From the NCBI GenBank assembly GCA_965204985.1, contig CBDBFP010000003.1:316027-380026 (forward strand): 64,000 nucleotides of DNA, written 5' to 3'. Positions 29,901-37,651 of this stretch are shown in pieces. The position numbers and the translations under genes were made by a program. Position 1 is the first letter of the stretch. Each line of letters opens with the position of its first letter. Under the pieces are notes generated by a model that was not told where the DNA came from, searched no databases, and saw only the letters and a list, made by a program, of their open reading frames with translations. This DNA comes from Hyphomicrobiales bacterium. GTDB lineage: Bacteria; Pseudomonadota; Alphaproteobacteria; Rhizobiales; CAJQND01.

Positions 29901-30073
29901 CTTGGCTCAAGCGCAGCCTCACGGTCTATCGCCTAGCCTTCGGCCAGCAGCGGCAGGACGATCTGCTGGATTACCTGCAATCCCTCGTCGGCACAGGCAT
30001 GGACACCTCCAGGCTCGACAAGCTGCAAATTAGTCTCGAACCACCGGAACTTCCCGACGAGTCAGAACGATAG
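26894..30073 (+). CDS. SNF2/DrmD-like superfamily-2 helicase (~1059 aa)
   Basis: Motif I ADEAGLGKT (27041-27055), II DEFQ (27668-27679), III SATP (27785-27796), VI QREGRVHR (29645-29668). The start is ATG 26894 or 26903. Confidence 0.8.
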   Translation: MPPMPTERFRAETALAPLKVFQRRTVDYVFDRLYCPNDPVRQFLVADEAGLGKTMVARGVIARMIEHLWDSTKRIDILYICSNQAIAAQNLNRLNVLGRRELARPTRMTLIPLQLEGLDANKVNFISLTPGTTFNLSSATGVVQERALLFHLLQDLVPRPRGLRNLLQVNVGIDGWNRAVDNLAVDGVDKHIIERFRRDVQENRNLFEELESVCDLFPRRRDSYPPDRTQRRNSLIDRLRAKLSHACVDALQPDLIIMDEFQRFRDLLHGGSDAAILARELFDYSGTEGHSARTLLLSATPYRMLTLRGDEPDEDDHYEDFLKTLRFLYGEKGPEVAHTLTREMRAFRDHLRRLPQSQSYDLAVAARETIEQRLRRVMARTERVASTIERDSMMDEPTIPVSVAPADLTQASAVSQVAHRLNAPEIIEYWKSSPYLLNFMHHYKLKQLLRAQIDVPSAPLPLRNAIRAARSAMLDRDAIDGYEPLEPPNGRMRAIIDDIFDRRLEQNLWIPAAMPYYGAARSDPPLTKALIFSSWSMVPDAIAALLSYEAERRMGVGESGRPYSEQHHHLRPLQFRRNQGRLAGLRALLLIYPSPSLAELADPLAVFAETKTTLSQKAMRLAIGKRLKPHLEALQRAATPRKDAGSAEWAAPAMIDDMRDTRSRAWLLGESDGMGALASEDAFQAHVAKLATTAANRDIDASTANLSELLVDVALGSPAVCALRALKRIAPELEWDDCRLLSAAARVAWSFRTLFNQHDAVALLRRGADDRYWHRVLTYCADHNLQAVLDEYAHYLVEAEGLGVRPAGERAVGVGKAMASALAILPSQIEVDDVQVDGESLAIRKFRMRGRFAMRLADYRDEEGAVARLGVVRDAFNSPFRPFVLATTSVGQEGLDFHPYCYHVYHWNLPSNPVDLEQREGRVHRFKGHAIRLNLAERQAGVVRGRGQSPDDPWKLMFEQARSEAAVDNDHNDLIPYWIYEGSVRVERRVPMLPFSREITRLAWLKRSLTVYRLAFGQQRQDDLLDYLQSLVGTGMDTSRLDKLQISLEPPELPDESER

Positions 30074-30168
30074 ATATACCCAACCTGGCCGCGCTGCAGC
30101 GTGCGGGGAACCTGGCAGGCACTGCAGTGGCTCCCATAGCCCTATTCGTTTCAACGCGAGAATCAGGA

Positions 30169-30174
30169 ATTCAT
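30169..30174. repeat. Target-site duplication ATTCAT (right copy)
   Basis: Identical hexamer to 21777-21782. Confidence 0.7.
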
Positions 30175-30639
30175 ACTCCCTGCAGGCAACCCGTCCCGGT
30201 GCCGGAGGCAGATCGGGCATTGCACGCTCAAGGGCCCGGATAGCCCCATCTCATCAATCCTGAGGGTGCGGATGCCGACCTCGGCGAAGCCTGGGTCTCG
30301 TCATAGACCCGGACGACATCGGCACATTTGTCAGCAAACAGCGGCTCTGGCTTGGCAGTCAGCCAGAACCGGAAGCGGTGGAGCTTAAGGCTGGATTCTT
30401 TTCAAAAAACGCTCTACCGAGCGCTGCGAAACTTCATCCACAATGCCACGTCTCTCCGCCTCATCAGCCAGGTCCTGCCGGCTTCAGAGGCTGACCGGCA
30501 GGCCTCTCGCGGACGGCTGCTCACAAGCCAGCGCCGCCCGCTCACCGTCTTGCGCCACACCCCGGGCTTCGCCGGCGTAACCGCCCAAGTTCAGATCGTT
30601 CTTCAGAGGACAAAAATGCGACCAGGTCGACGGCCATAA
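30169..30639 (-). pseudogene. IS630-family transposase, 5' portion (multiple frameshifts)
   Basis: Minus-strand translation in shifting frames gives MAVDLVAFLSSEERSELGRLRR, VDEVSQRSVERFLKRIQ, LKLHRFRFWLTAKPEPLFADKCADVVRVYDE, and AIRALERAMPDLPPAPGRVACREYE. Confidence 0.75.
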
Positions 30640-30910
30640 AATCCTCCTGTGATCAGCGAATCAGACCACAGAAAATCAAAAATCCATCAAATCCTCAAAC
30701 AAAATCAAAGAGTCACAACTTCCGTTCAGGTGCACTAGGGCATTGAATAACTGCGCCCTTGCGAGTTGTAGCCCGCTGTCCTAGTCTACGGTATCTGAAT
30801 GGGCCGGATCTTTGATATTTTGCAACAGTAACAACCTGTGGGCAAAAATTTCTGGCTGCATAAGATTGGCGTGGCATTAAGCGCACATTTGCTTCATTGG
30901 AGGACATTTA

Positions 30911-32155
30911 ATGAACAAGACTGTAACAATCTTTCTGGGGGCAGCGATGCTGCTGTTCGGAACATTGACTGCTTCGGCAGCAGAGACCGTGAAAATCGCA
31001 TTCATTGACCCTCTTTCCGGGCCTTTTGCAGCAACTGGCTACCAGGGTCTGGCTCACTACCAGTTTGCTGCTGAAGAACTCGTCAACAAGAAGGGCGGCG
31101 TACTTGACGGCAAAAAATTCGAGATCGTCCCATTCGACAACAAGATCAGCCCGAAAGAGTCCCTTATCCAGCTTAAGGTCGCCATTGATCGGGGCATCCG
31201 TTTCATCGCTCAAGGCAACTCTTCCGGTGTCGCCAATGCCTTGACGGACGCGATCAAGAAACACAACAAGCGCAATCCGGACAAGCGCGTAATTTTCCTG
31301 AACTACTCAGCGGTCGATCCGGCCTTGACCAACAAGAAGTGCAATTTCTGGCACTTCCGGTTCGACGCAAACGCCGACATCAAGATGGACGCCCTCACTG
31401 ACGTGATTGCCCAAAATGCGGACATCAAGAAGATCTATGTAATTGGGCAAGACTATTCGTTCGGCAAAGCCGTTGCGGCTGCGGCTGTCAAGTTTATCGG
31501 CCAGAAGCGACCGGATATCAAGATCGTTGGCAACGAACTACATCCCATCGGAAAGGTGAAGGATTTTACGCCGTATGCCCGCAAAATCATGGCTTCCGGT
31601 GCAGATGCCATCATCACAGGCAACTGGGGATCCGACATGGTTGGTCTCGGCAAATTCGTCATCGCGTCCGGCTTCAAAAAGCCCATATACACGTATTATG
31701 CCGCGGGAACAGGCATCACCAAAACCTTTGGTGCGGCTGGCAAAGGACCACTGAAAATTGTTGCTGAAGGCTCGATCAATCCTCCAGCTTCTGATCGCGC
31801 AGCAGCTTATTCAAGGGCTTTTAAGGCAAAATTCCCAGATCGCGACCTTGGTCAACCGCGCATCGCGAACGTGGTGGAGATGCTCGCCAAAGCAATCAAC
31901 AAGGCGGGCAGTGATACAGATATGGTTGCTGTCGCCAAAGCGTTGGAAGGCATGGAGCATGATGGCATATTCGGTTCGAAAATTGTCATGCGTGCCGTTG
32001 ATCACCAAGCAATCCAGGATGTGCACATCCAAGCACATACAGACGAAGGCATCACTTTCGATTTCGATAATTCGGGCTACGGCCTGGCTGTTGAAAGCAC
32101 CGTGAAGATGGCATCCGCAGACAGTGCAACGACTTGCCAAATGAAGCGGCCCTGA
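30911..32155 (+). CDS. ABC transporter substrate-binding protein (LivK/branched-chain amino acid family)
   Basis: Signal peptide plus ETVKIAFIDPLSGPFAATG, followed by LivHMGF-type genes. Confidence 0.85.
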   Translation: MNKTVTIFLGAAMLLFGTLTASAAETVKIAFIDPLSGPFAATGYQGLAHYQFAAEELVNKKGGVLDGKKFEIVPFDNKISPKESLIQLKVAIDRGIRFIAQGNSSGVANALTDAIKKHNKRNPDKRVIFLNYSAVDPALTNKKCNFWHFRFDANADIKMDALTDVIAQNADIKKIYVIGQDYSFGKAVAAAAVKFIGQKRPDIKIVGNELHPIGKVKDFTPYARKIMASGADAIITGNWGSDMVGLGKFVIASGFKKPIYTYYAAGTGITKTFGAAGKGPLKIVAEGSINPPASDRAAAYSRAFKAKFPDRDLGQPRIANVVEMLAKAINKAGSDTDMVAVAKALEGMEHDGIFGSKIVMRAVDHQAIQDVHIQAHTDEGITFDFDNSGYGLAVESTVKMASADSATTCQMKRP

Positions 32156-32229
32156 TTGACCACCTGAGGAAAACGTACTGGGTGCATTAGGTATCGAAAG
32201 AGTGGCGAACGCCACTCAAAGGGACGGTA

Positions 32230-33186
32230 GTGTCACTGGTCTTTGTTAATCTGCTTGACGGTCTTGTGACAGGCCTCTTGCTGTTCATGCTCTGCAGCGG
32301 ATTGACGTTGATCTTTTCGATGATGGGCGTGCTGAATTTCGCCCACGCCAGCTTTTACATGCTGGGCGCCTATTTCGGCTATCAGATCAGCACTTTCGTC
32401 GGGTTTTGGCCTGGGCTCGTATTGGCACCCATTATCGTTGGCGTGGCAGGCGCATTGGTTGAACGCTACGGACTAAGGCGCGTGCACAAATTCGGGCACG
32501 TCCCTGAACTTATTTTCACGTTCGGGCTGGCGCTACTTATTGAAGAGGTTGTGCAGTTTTTCTGGGGTAAGAGCCAGATGGCTTTCGAGCCGCCCGAAGC
32601 CCTGAACTTCATGGCCTTTGCAATCGCGGGCAATGCGTTCCCTGCCTACAAGGTCTTCATGATCTTCGCCGCGATCGGAATATTTTTGGTGCTGCTCTAT
32701 ATCCTGACCCGGACGCGGGTCGGCATGATCATTCAAGCCGCTTTGTCTTATCCGGCAACGGTCCAGAACCTCGGACACAACGTGCCCCTTATTTTCATGG
32801 CTGTTTTCGGCGTTGGAACCGCCCTTGCGGGTTTGGCCGGAGTGATCGCGGGACCAGTGCTCGGCACATTCCCCGGGATGGCCGTCGTCCTTGGCAGCAT
32901 TGTGTTCGTGACGATCGTGGTCGGCGGGCTCGGTTCGCTCTGGGGCGCCCTCGTTGCGTCGCTGCTCATTGGATGGCTGCAAACCTTCGCAGCCTCATAC
33001 AACGTGACGATGAAAGACGTTTTGACCAGCTTGGGCATAGCCGAACCGGCCAATGTTGCAGAAAGCGCACTACGCGATCTGTGGTCCCTGACCCTGCCCC
33101 AGATCGGTCCTATACTGCCCTACCTGCTCATGGTGCTCGTGCTTGCTATCAGGCCGCAGGGCCTCCTGGGGAAACGGGAAACATGA
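32230..33186 (+). CDS. ABC permease (LivH family)
   Basis: A polytopic membrane protein with a GTG start and LNFAHASFYMLGAY. Confidence 0.8.
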   Translation: MSLVFVNLLDGLVTGLLLFMLCSGLTLIFSMMGVLNFAHASFYMLGAYFGYQISTFVGFWPGLVLAPIIVGVAGALVERYGLRRVHKFGHVPELIFTFGLALLIEEVVQFFWGKSQMAFEPPEALNFMAFAIAGNAFPAYKVFMIFAAIGIFLVLLYILTRTRVGMIIQAALSYPATVQNLGHNVPLIFMAVFGVGTALAGLAGVIAGPVLGTFPGMAVVLGSIVFVTIVVGGLGSLWGALVASLLIGWLQTFAASYNVTMKDVLTSLGIAEPANVAESALRDLWSLTLPQIGPILPYLLMVLVLAIRPQGLLGKRET

Positions 33187-34475
33187 GCACGGCGCAGCAA
33201 GAAAACAGATCCGCTGCAAAGCAGGGCGGAGCGATCAACTGGCTGTATATCAGCCCTTGGATTGTTGCTGCACTGATCCTTGCGACGCTTCCATTGATCT
33301 TTCCATCAGGTGCCGGATTGACCATCATGAACCAGATGGCAATCACGATCATTTTCGCCCTTGCCTACAATATGTTGCTAGGTCAAAGCGGAATGCTGTC
33401 TTTTGGACATGCGGTCTACATGGGTCTGGGAGGCTTTTTCTGCGTCCACCTGATGAACATGGTCGAATATGATGGCCTGTTATTGCCGCTGCCGTTCCTA
33501 CCGCTTTTCGGGGGTCTGTTCGGCCTGCTGTTCGCGATAATCGTCGGCACTTTTTCCACCCGACGCGCTGGTACCGTGTTTGCGATGATTTCGCTCGGCG
33601 TTGGAGAACTCATCGCCGCATGTTCAATCATTGTCGTCGCCTTCTTTGGAGGCGAAGAAGGTGTCAGCGGGGACCGCACAATGGGCACCACAGTGTTCGG
33701 CTACGATTTTGCGTCACAAATCGAAGTCTATTATTTGACCGCTGCTTGGCTCCTCATCTCGGCCTTGGCGATGTACCTATATTCCAGAACTCCCGCAGGC
33801 CGGATGGCTAACGCCGTAAGAGACAATGAAGAGCGCGCGGAATTCCTGGGCTACTCTCAGCGCCGGGTTCGTTTCATGTCATTTTGCGCATCAGGATTTT
33901 TCGCTGGGATCGCAGGGGCATTGTTCGCGATTAACTTCGAAATCCTGACAGAAGAAAATTTGAACCTGGCCACCTCGGGTTCTGTGCTGCTTGTGACATT
34001 TCTTGGCGGTGTTGGTTTTTTCATCGGCCCGATCATTGGCGCAATCATCTTTACCATCCTTCAGACGATCCTCAGCCTCTACACAGAAATCTGGCAACTC
34101 TACCTTGGCATTCTCTTTGTTATGACCGTGATGTTTTTTCCCTTTGGATTGACAGGCCTGATTGCCATTCACTTCCGGCCCTATCAACTCGGAAAACTGG
34201 GTTTGCTTGTGAAGCCTTACCTGCAGATCGTCGCACCGGCAGTGTTGTTCGCCCTATCAGCAGCCGCAATTCTCGAAATATTGTTCCACGCAAAACACGC
34301 AACTCCTGGCAACGAAATCATGTCGCTGATGGGCATAAGGTTCAATTCTCACTCACCGATACCTTTGGCTTTGGCCGTTTGCGCTATGCTGATCTCGGGC
34401 TGGCTTTTGAGATCCCTCATCCCCTCATTCAAGGAATCCTGGGATGAAGCAAATCACGCTGGATCAGGCCAATGA
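33183..34475 (+). CDS. ABC permease (LivM family)
   Basis: The start at MSTAQQ gives an ATGA overlap with the LivH-family gene. Contains GMLSFGHAVYMGLGGF. Confidence 0.8.
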   Translation: MSTAQQENRSAAKQGGAINWLYISPWIVAALILATLPLIFPSGAGLTIMNQMAITIIFALAYNMLLGQSGMLSFGHAVYMGLGGFFCVHLMNMVEYDGLLLPLPFLPLFGGLFGLLFAIIVGTFSTRRAGTVFAMISLGVGELIAACSIIVVAFFGGEEGVSGDRTMGTTVFGYDFASQIEVYYLTAAWLLISALAMYLYSRTPAGRMANAVRDNEERAEFLGYSQRRVRFMSFCASGFFAGIAGALFAINFEILTEENLNLATSGSVLLVTFLGGVGFFIGPIIGAIIFTILQTILSLYTEIWQLYLGILFVMTVMFFPFGLTGLIAIHFRPYQLGKLGLLVKPYLQIVAPAVLFALSAAAILEILFHAKHATPGNEIMSLMGIRFNSHSPIPLALAVCAMLISGWLLRSLIPSFKESWDEANHAGSGQ

Positions 34476-35233
34476 CAGCGCCCGCAATCCAGATAGAGGA
34501 TTTGTCAAAGAGCTTCGGCAAAGTGGAAATTATCCGCAACATCAATCTCGCAATTTATAAAGGCGAACGCCACGCGATCATTGGCCCCAACGGCGCGGGC
34601 AAATCGACAATGTTCAATCTCATTACTGGCAAGTATCAACCCACAATAGGGTCTGTCCTGCTGAACGGCGAGAATATCAGCGGTCTGAAACCCTTTGAAA
34701 TCAACCGAGAGGGGCTCAGCCGCAGCTTTCAGATCACCAATATTTTCCCGAAAATGAGTGTCTTTGAGAATGTGCGCTGCGCCCTCCTCTGGACCATGGA
34801 CTTCAAATATTCCTTTTGGCACCTGGTCGACCGCCGTCCGGATCTGTCGGAAAGAGCGCACGATATCCTTGCGCAGATCAACCTTTCTGAAAAGCATGCG
34901 ATGGCGGCCGGTGTTCTCACATATGCGGAACAACGCGCCTTGGAGATCGGGATCACGATTGCCGGTGGCGCGGATATCATCATGTTGGACGAACCAACTG
35001 CCGGGATGAGCGCGTCGGAAACTGATTACATCGTAGGACTGATCCGAAAGGTCACGGAAAGCAAAACCCTGGTGGTCGTTGAGCATGATATGGGCGTGGT
35101 ATTCGATCTTGCGGACCGGATTTCAGTTCTGGTTTACGGCGAAATAATCGCGACCGATACACCAGAGCAGGTCCGGGCCAACTCGCGCGTCCAGGAAGCC
35201 TATCTGGGCACTGCATTAGAAGCGGAGACCTGA
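34472..35233 (+). CDS. ABC ATP-binding protein (LivG family)
   Basis: GPNGAGKST Walker A, IMLDEP Walker B, and a LivG-like layout. Confidence 0.85.
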   Translation: MTAPAIQIEDLSKSFGKVEIIRNINLAIYKGERHAIIGPNGAGKSTMFNLITGKYQPTIGSVLLNGENISGLKPFEINREGLSRSFQITNIFPKMSVFENVRCALLWTMDFKYSFWHLVDRRPDLSERAHDILAQINLSEKHAMAAGVLTYAEQRALEIGITIAGGADIIMLDEPTAGMSASETDYIVGLIRKVTESKTLVVVEHDMGVVFDLADRISVLVYGEIIATDTPEQVRANSRVQEAYLGTALEAET

Positions 35234-35234
35234 A

Positions 35235-35936
35235 ATGCTACACGTTTCCGACCTCCACGCTTATTACGGCAAGAGCCACATCCTTCAAGGCGTCAATCTT
35301 ACAGTGGGTGAAGGCGACATCGTTGCATTGCTTGGGCGAAATGGCGTGGGCCGCTCAACAACCTGCAAGGCCATCATGGGGGAAGTTCCGCCGGCGGGCT
35401 CAATCCGGTTTCGAGATAGCGAACTGGCCGGCAAAGAACCTTACGAGATTGCTCAGGTCGGCATCGGTTACGTTCCGGAGAACCGTGACATTTTCCCAGG
35501 CCTCACGACACGTCAAAACCTCTTGCTGGGTTTGAAGCCCGGTCAAAAGGCCACCGCCAGCCGTTGGTCACTGGATGATATGTTCGAGCTGTTCCCAAAC
35601 TTGCGCGAACGGGCCGATGTCGAAGCCTCAGTTCTTTCAGGCGGTGAGAAACAGATGCTCACCATCTGCCGGACCTTGATGGGTGATCCGGCAATCATCA
35701 TGATCGACGAACCGACAGAGGGCCTTGCACCAAAGGTGGTTCAGCAGGTAGCTGATCTCCTTGAGCGTATCGCAAAGCGTGGTGTTTCAATTCTGCTGGT
35801 TGAGCAAAAGCTTACGATTGCGCTGAAAATATCTAACCGGGTCTATGTTATGGGCCATGGTCAGATGGTGTTTGAGGGGACGCCATCGGAACTCCAAGAG
35901 AATGCGGAAATCCGCAAACAATGGCTGGAAGTTTAG
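35235..35936 (+). CDS. ABC ATP-binding protein (LivF family)
   Basis: GRNGVGRST, LSGGEKQML, and IMIDEP motifs. Confidence 0.85.
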   Translation: MLHVSDLHAYYGKSHILQGVNLTVGEGDIVALLGRNGVGRSTTCKAIMGEVPPAGSIRFRDSELAGKEPYEIAQVGIGYVPENRDIFPGLTTRQNLLLGLKPGQKATASRWSLDDMFELFPNLRERADVEASVLSGGEKQMLTICRTLMGDPAIIMIDEPTEGLAPKVVQQVADLLERIAKRGVSILLVEQKLTIALKISNRVYVMGHGQMVFEGTPSELQENAEIRKQWLEV

Positions 35937-35954
35937 AGTTGGAAGGATCTCAAC

Positions 35955-37607
35955 ATGCGCGGCTTGATGATGGACCACCCCTTGCTCGTCAGCGACCTCA
36001 TCGAGCATGCCGCCAGAAATCACGGCTTTCGGGAGGTGGTCAGCCACACTGTTGAAGGTCCGATCCATCGCTACACCTTCTCCGATGCGCACAAACGAAT
36101 TCTGAAACTGGCAAATGCTCTAACGCGCCTGGGTGTGAAAACAGGTGACCGCCTCGCCACGTTCGCCTGGAACGGCTACCGGCATTTTGAGCTCTATTAT
36201 GGCATTTCCGGCATCGGCGCCGTCTGCCATACAATAAACCCGCGTCTGTTCGCTGATCAAATTGTCTATGTGGTCAATCATGCAAAAGATCGTTTCATCT
36301 TTCTCGACCTCACATTTGTGCCGCTGATCGAAAGCTTGCACGAACAGTTTGAAGGCGTCGAAGGATACATCATTCTGACGGATTCCGCGCACATGCCGGA
36401 AACCAGCTTGCCGAATGTGATGTGCTACGAAGACTTGATCGCGCCTGAAGAAGAGAGCTTCACGTGGCCCATGCTGGATGAAAATACTGCGTCCTCAATG
36501 TGCTACACGTCGGGCACAACCGGGAATCCCAAGGGCGTCCTCTATAGCCACCGCTCGACCATTTTGCACACGTTCTTCCAGTGCAGTGGCGAAGGATTTT
36601 CGATCAACAGCCGCGCATGTGTTCTGGCCGCGGTGCCCATGTTCCACGCCAACGCCTGGGGATTGCCCTATGCGGTCTGCATGATGGGCAGCAAGATTGT
36701 CTTCCCCGGCGCGGCCTATGACGGCGCTTCGGTCTGGGAACTTATGGACCAGGAAAAGGTTACAGCTTCGGCTGGCGTACCGACCATCTGGATGATGCTG
36801 CTCAACTACGTCAAACAGGAAAACAAGAGCTTCCCGCATTTGAAGCAGACCGCAATTGGTGGGTCCGCCGTACCCAAGTCCATGTTGGAAGCATTCGAAG
36901 ACGATTACGATGTTGAAGTGTTCCATGGTTGGGGCATGACCGAACTCAGTCCGGTCGGCACAACCGGCACCTTCAATTGCAGGATTGCCGAGATGCCCAT
37001 TGAAGAGCGCCGGGTTTACCAGCTCAAGCAAGGGCGCGCGGTCTACGGTGTCCAACTCAAGATAATTGGCGAAGATGGAAACGAACTCCCGCGAGATGGC
37101 AAGTCGTTCGGAGAGGTCGCAGTGCGCGGCCCATGGGTGGTGGGCGCCTATTTCGACAATGATGAGGCCAATGAGAGCCAGTTCTCAAAGGAGGGCTGGT
37201 TCCTGACCGGAGATATCGCCACACTCGACGAATATGGCTATATGACAATCATCGACCGCAGCAAGGATGTCATTAAATCCGGTGGTGAATGGATCAGTTC
37301 GATCGACCTGGAAAATACTGCGATGGGGCATCCAGATGTGATGGAAGCCGCTGTCATTCGCATTGCCGATGAAAAGTGGGGCGAGCGGCCATTGTTGATT
37401 GTGGTAAAACGCTCAGATGCAAACCTGACTTCCGAAGACATTCAGGCTTTCCTGGATGGCAAGATTGCCAGCTGGTGGATGCCGGACGACGTCATATTTA
37501 CCGACGAACTGCCATACACCGCCACCGGCAAAGTGGCCAAACTCAAGCTTCGCGAAACCTTTGGCGACCATAAGATGCCCGAAGCGGCAGATCGCAAAAA
37601 CCTCTAA
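35955..37607 (+). CDS. AMP-dependent acyl-CoA synthetase (long/medium-chain fatty acid-CoA ligase-like)
   Basis: AMP-binding motif [18 protein letters not shown], and [30 protein letters not shown]. Confidence 0.85.
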   Translation: MRGLMMDHPLLVSDLIEHAARNHGFREVVSHTVEGPIHRYTFSDAHKRILKLANALTRLGVKTGDRLATFAWNGYRHFELYYGISGIGAVCHTINPRLFADQIVYVVNHAKDRFIFLDLTFVPLIESLHEQFEGVEGYIILTDSAHMPETSLPNVMCYEDLIAPEEESFTWPMLDENTASSMCYTSGTTGNPKGVLYSHRSTILHTFFQCSGEGFSINSRACVLAAVPMFHANAWGLPYAVCMMGSKIVFPGAAYDGASVWELMDQEKVTASAGVPTIWMMLLNYVKQENKSFPHLKQTAIGGSAVPKSMLEAFEDDYDVEVFHGWGMTELSPVGTTGTFNCRIAEMPIEERRVYQLKQGRAVYGVQLKIIGEDGNELPRDGKSFGEVAVRGPWVVGAYFDNDEANESQFSKEGWFLTGDIATLDEYGYMTIIDRSKDVIKSGGEWISSIDLENTAMGHPDVMEAAVIRIADEKWGERPLLIVVKRSDANLTSEDIQAFLDGKIASWWMPDDVIFTDELPYTATGKVAKLKLRETFGDHKMPEAADRKNL

Positions 37608-37651
37608 AGTCAAAACAAGAATTTCCTGACGGGACAAATTAGACAACGACA

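Larger units (their letters stand above)
21783..30168 (+). mobile_element. 8.39-kb IS1380-family-bounded transposition unit inserted into the IS630 transposase gene
   Basis: It begins with an IS1380-type left end (cccgcatttcccaggcag...). It is flanked by ATTCAT direct repeats, and precise removal restores the IS630 ORF in frame. Confidence 0.65.
21240..30735 (-). mobile_element. IS630-family insertion sequence (~1.1 kb without the insert), decayed and split by an 8.39-kb insertion
   Basis: Terminal inverted repeats gtgcatctgaacggaagttttgacac (21240-21265) and gagtcacaacttccgttcaggtgcac (30710-30735) are 23/26 complementary. The transposase C-part lies at 21269-21782 and the N-part at 30169-30639, both on the minus strand. 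Confidence 0.8.

Noticed and set aside
25738-30073. Calling the PLD-helicase pair DISARM, Dpd or Mokosh
   Set aside because: DISARM needs drmA, drmB and a methyltransferase. Dpd needs dpdA-C and further genes. Mokosh uses an Upf1-like SF1 helicase. None of these partners or motif types is present within the unit or nearby, so I list it only as an unclassified candidate.
21231-30737. TA target-site duplication expected for IS630-family insertion at the outer ends
   Set aside because: TA follows the right terminal repeat (30736-30737), but the bases before the left repeat are tc (…gactc|gtgca). The duplication cannot be confirmed, so the element ends are given as approximate.
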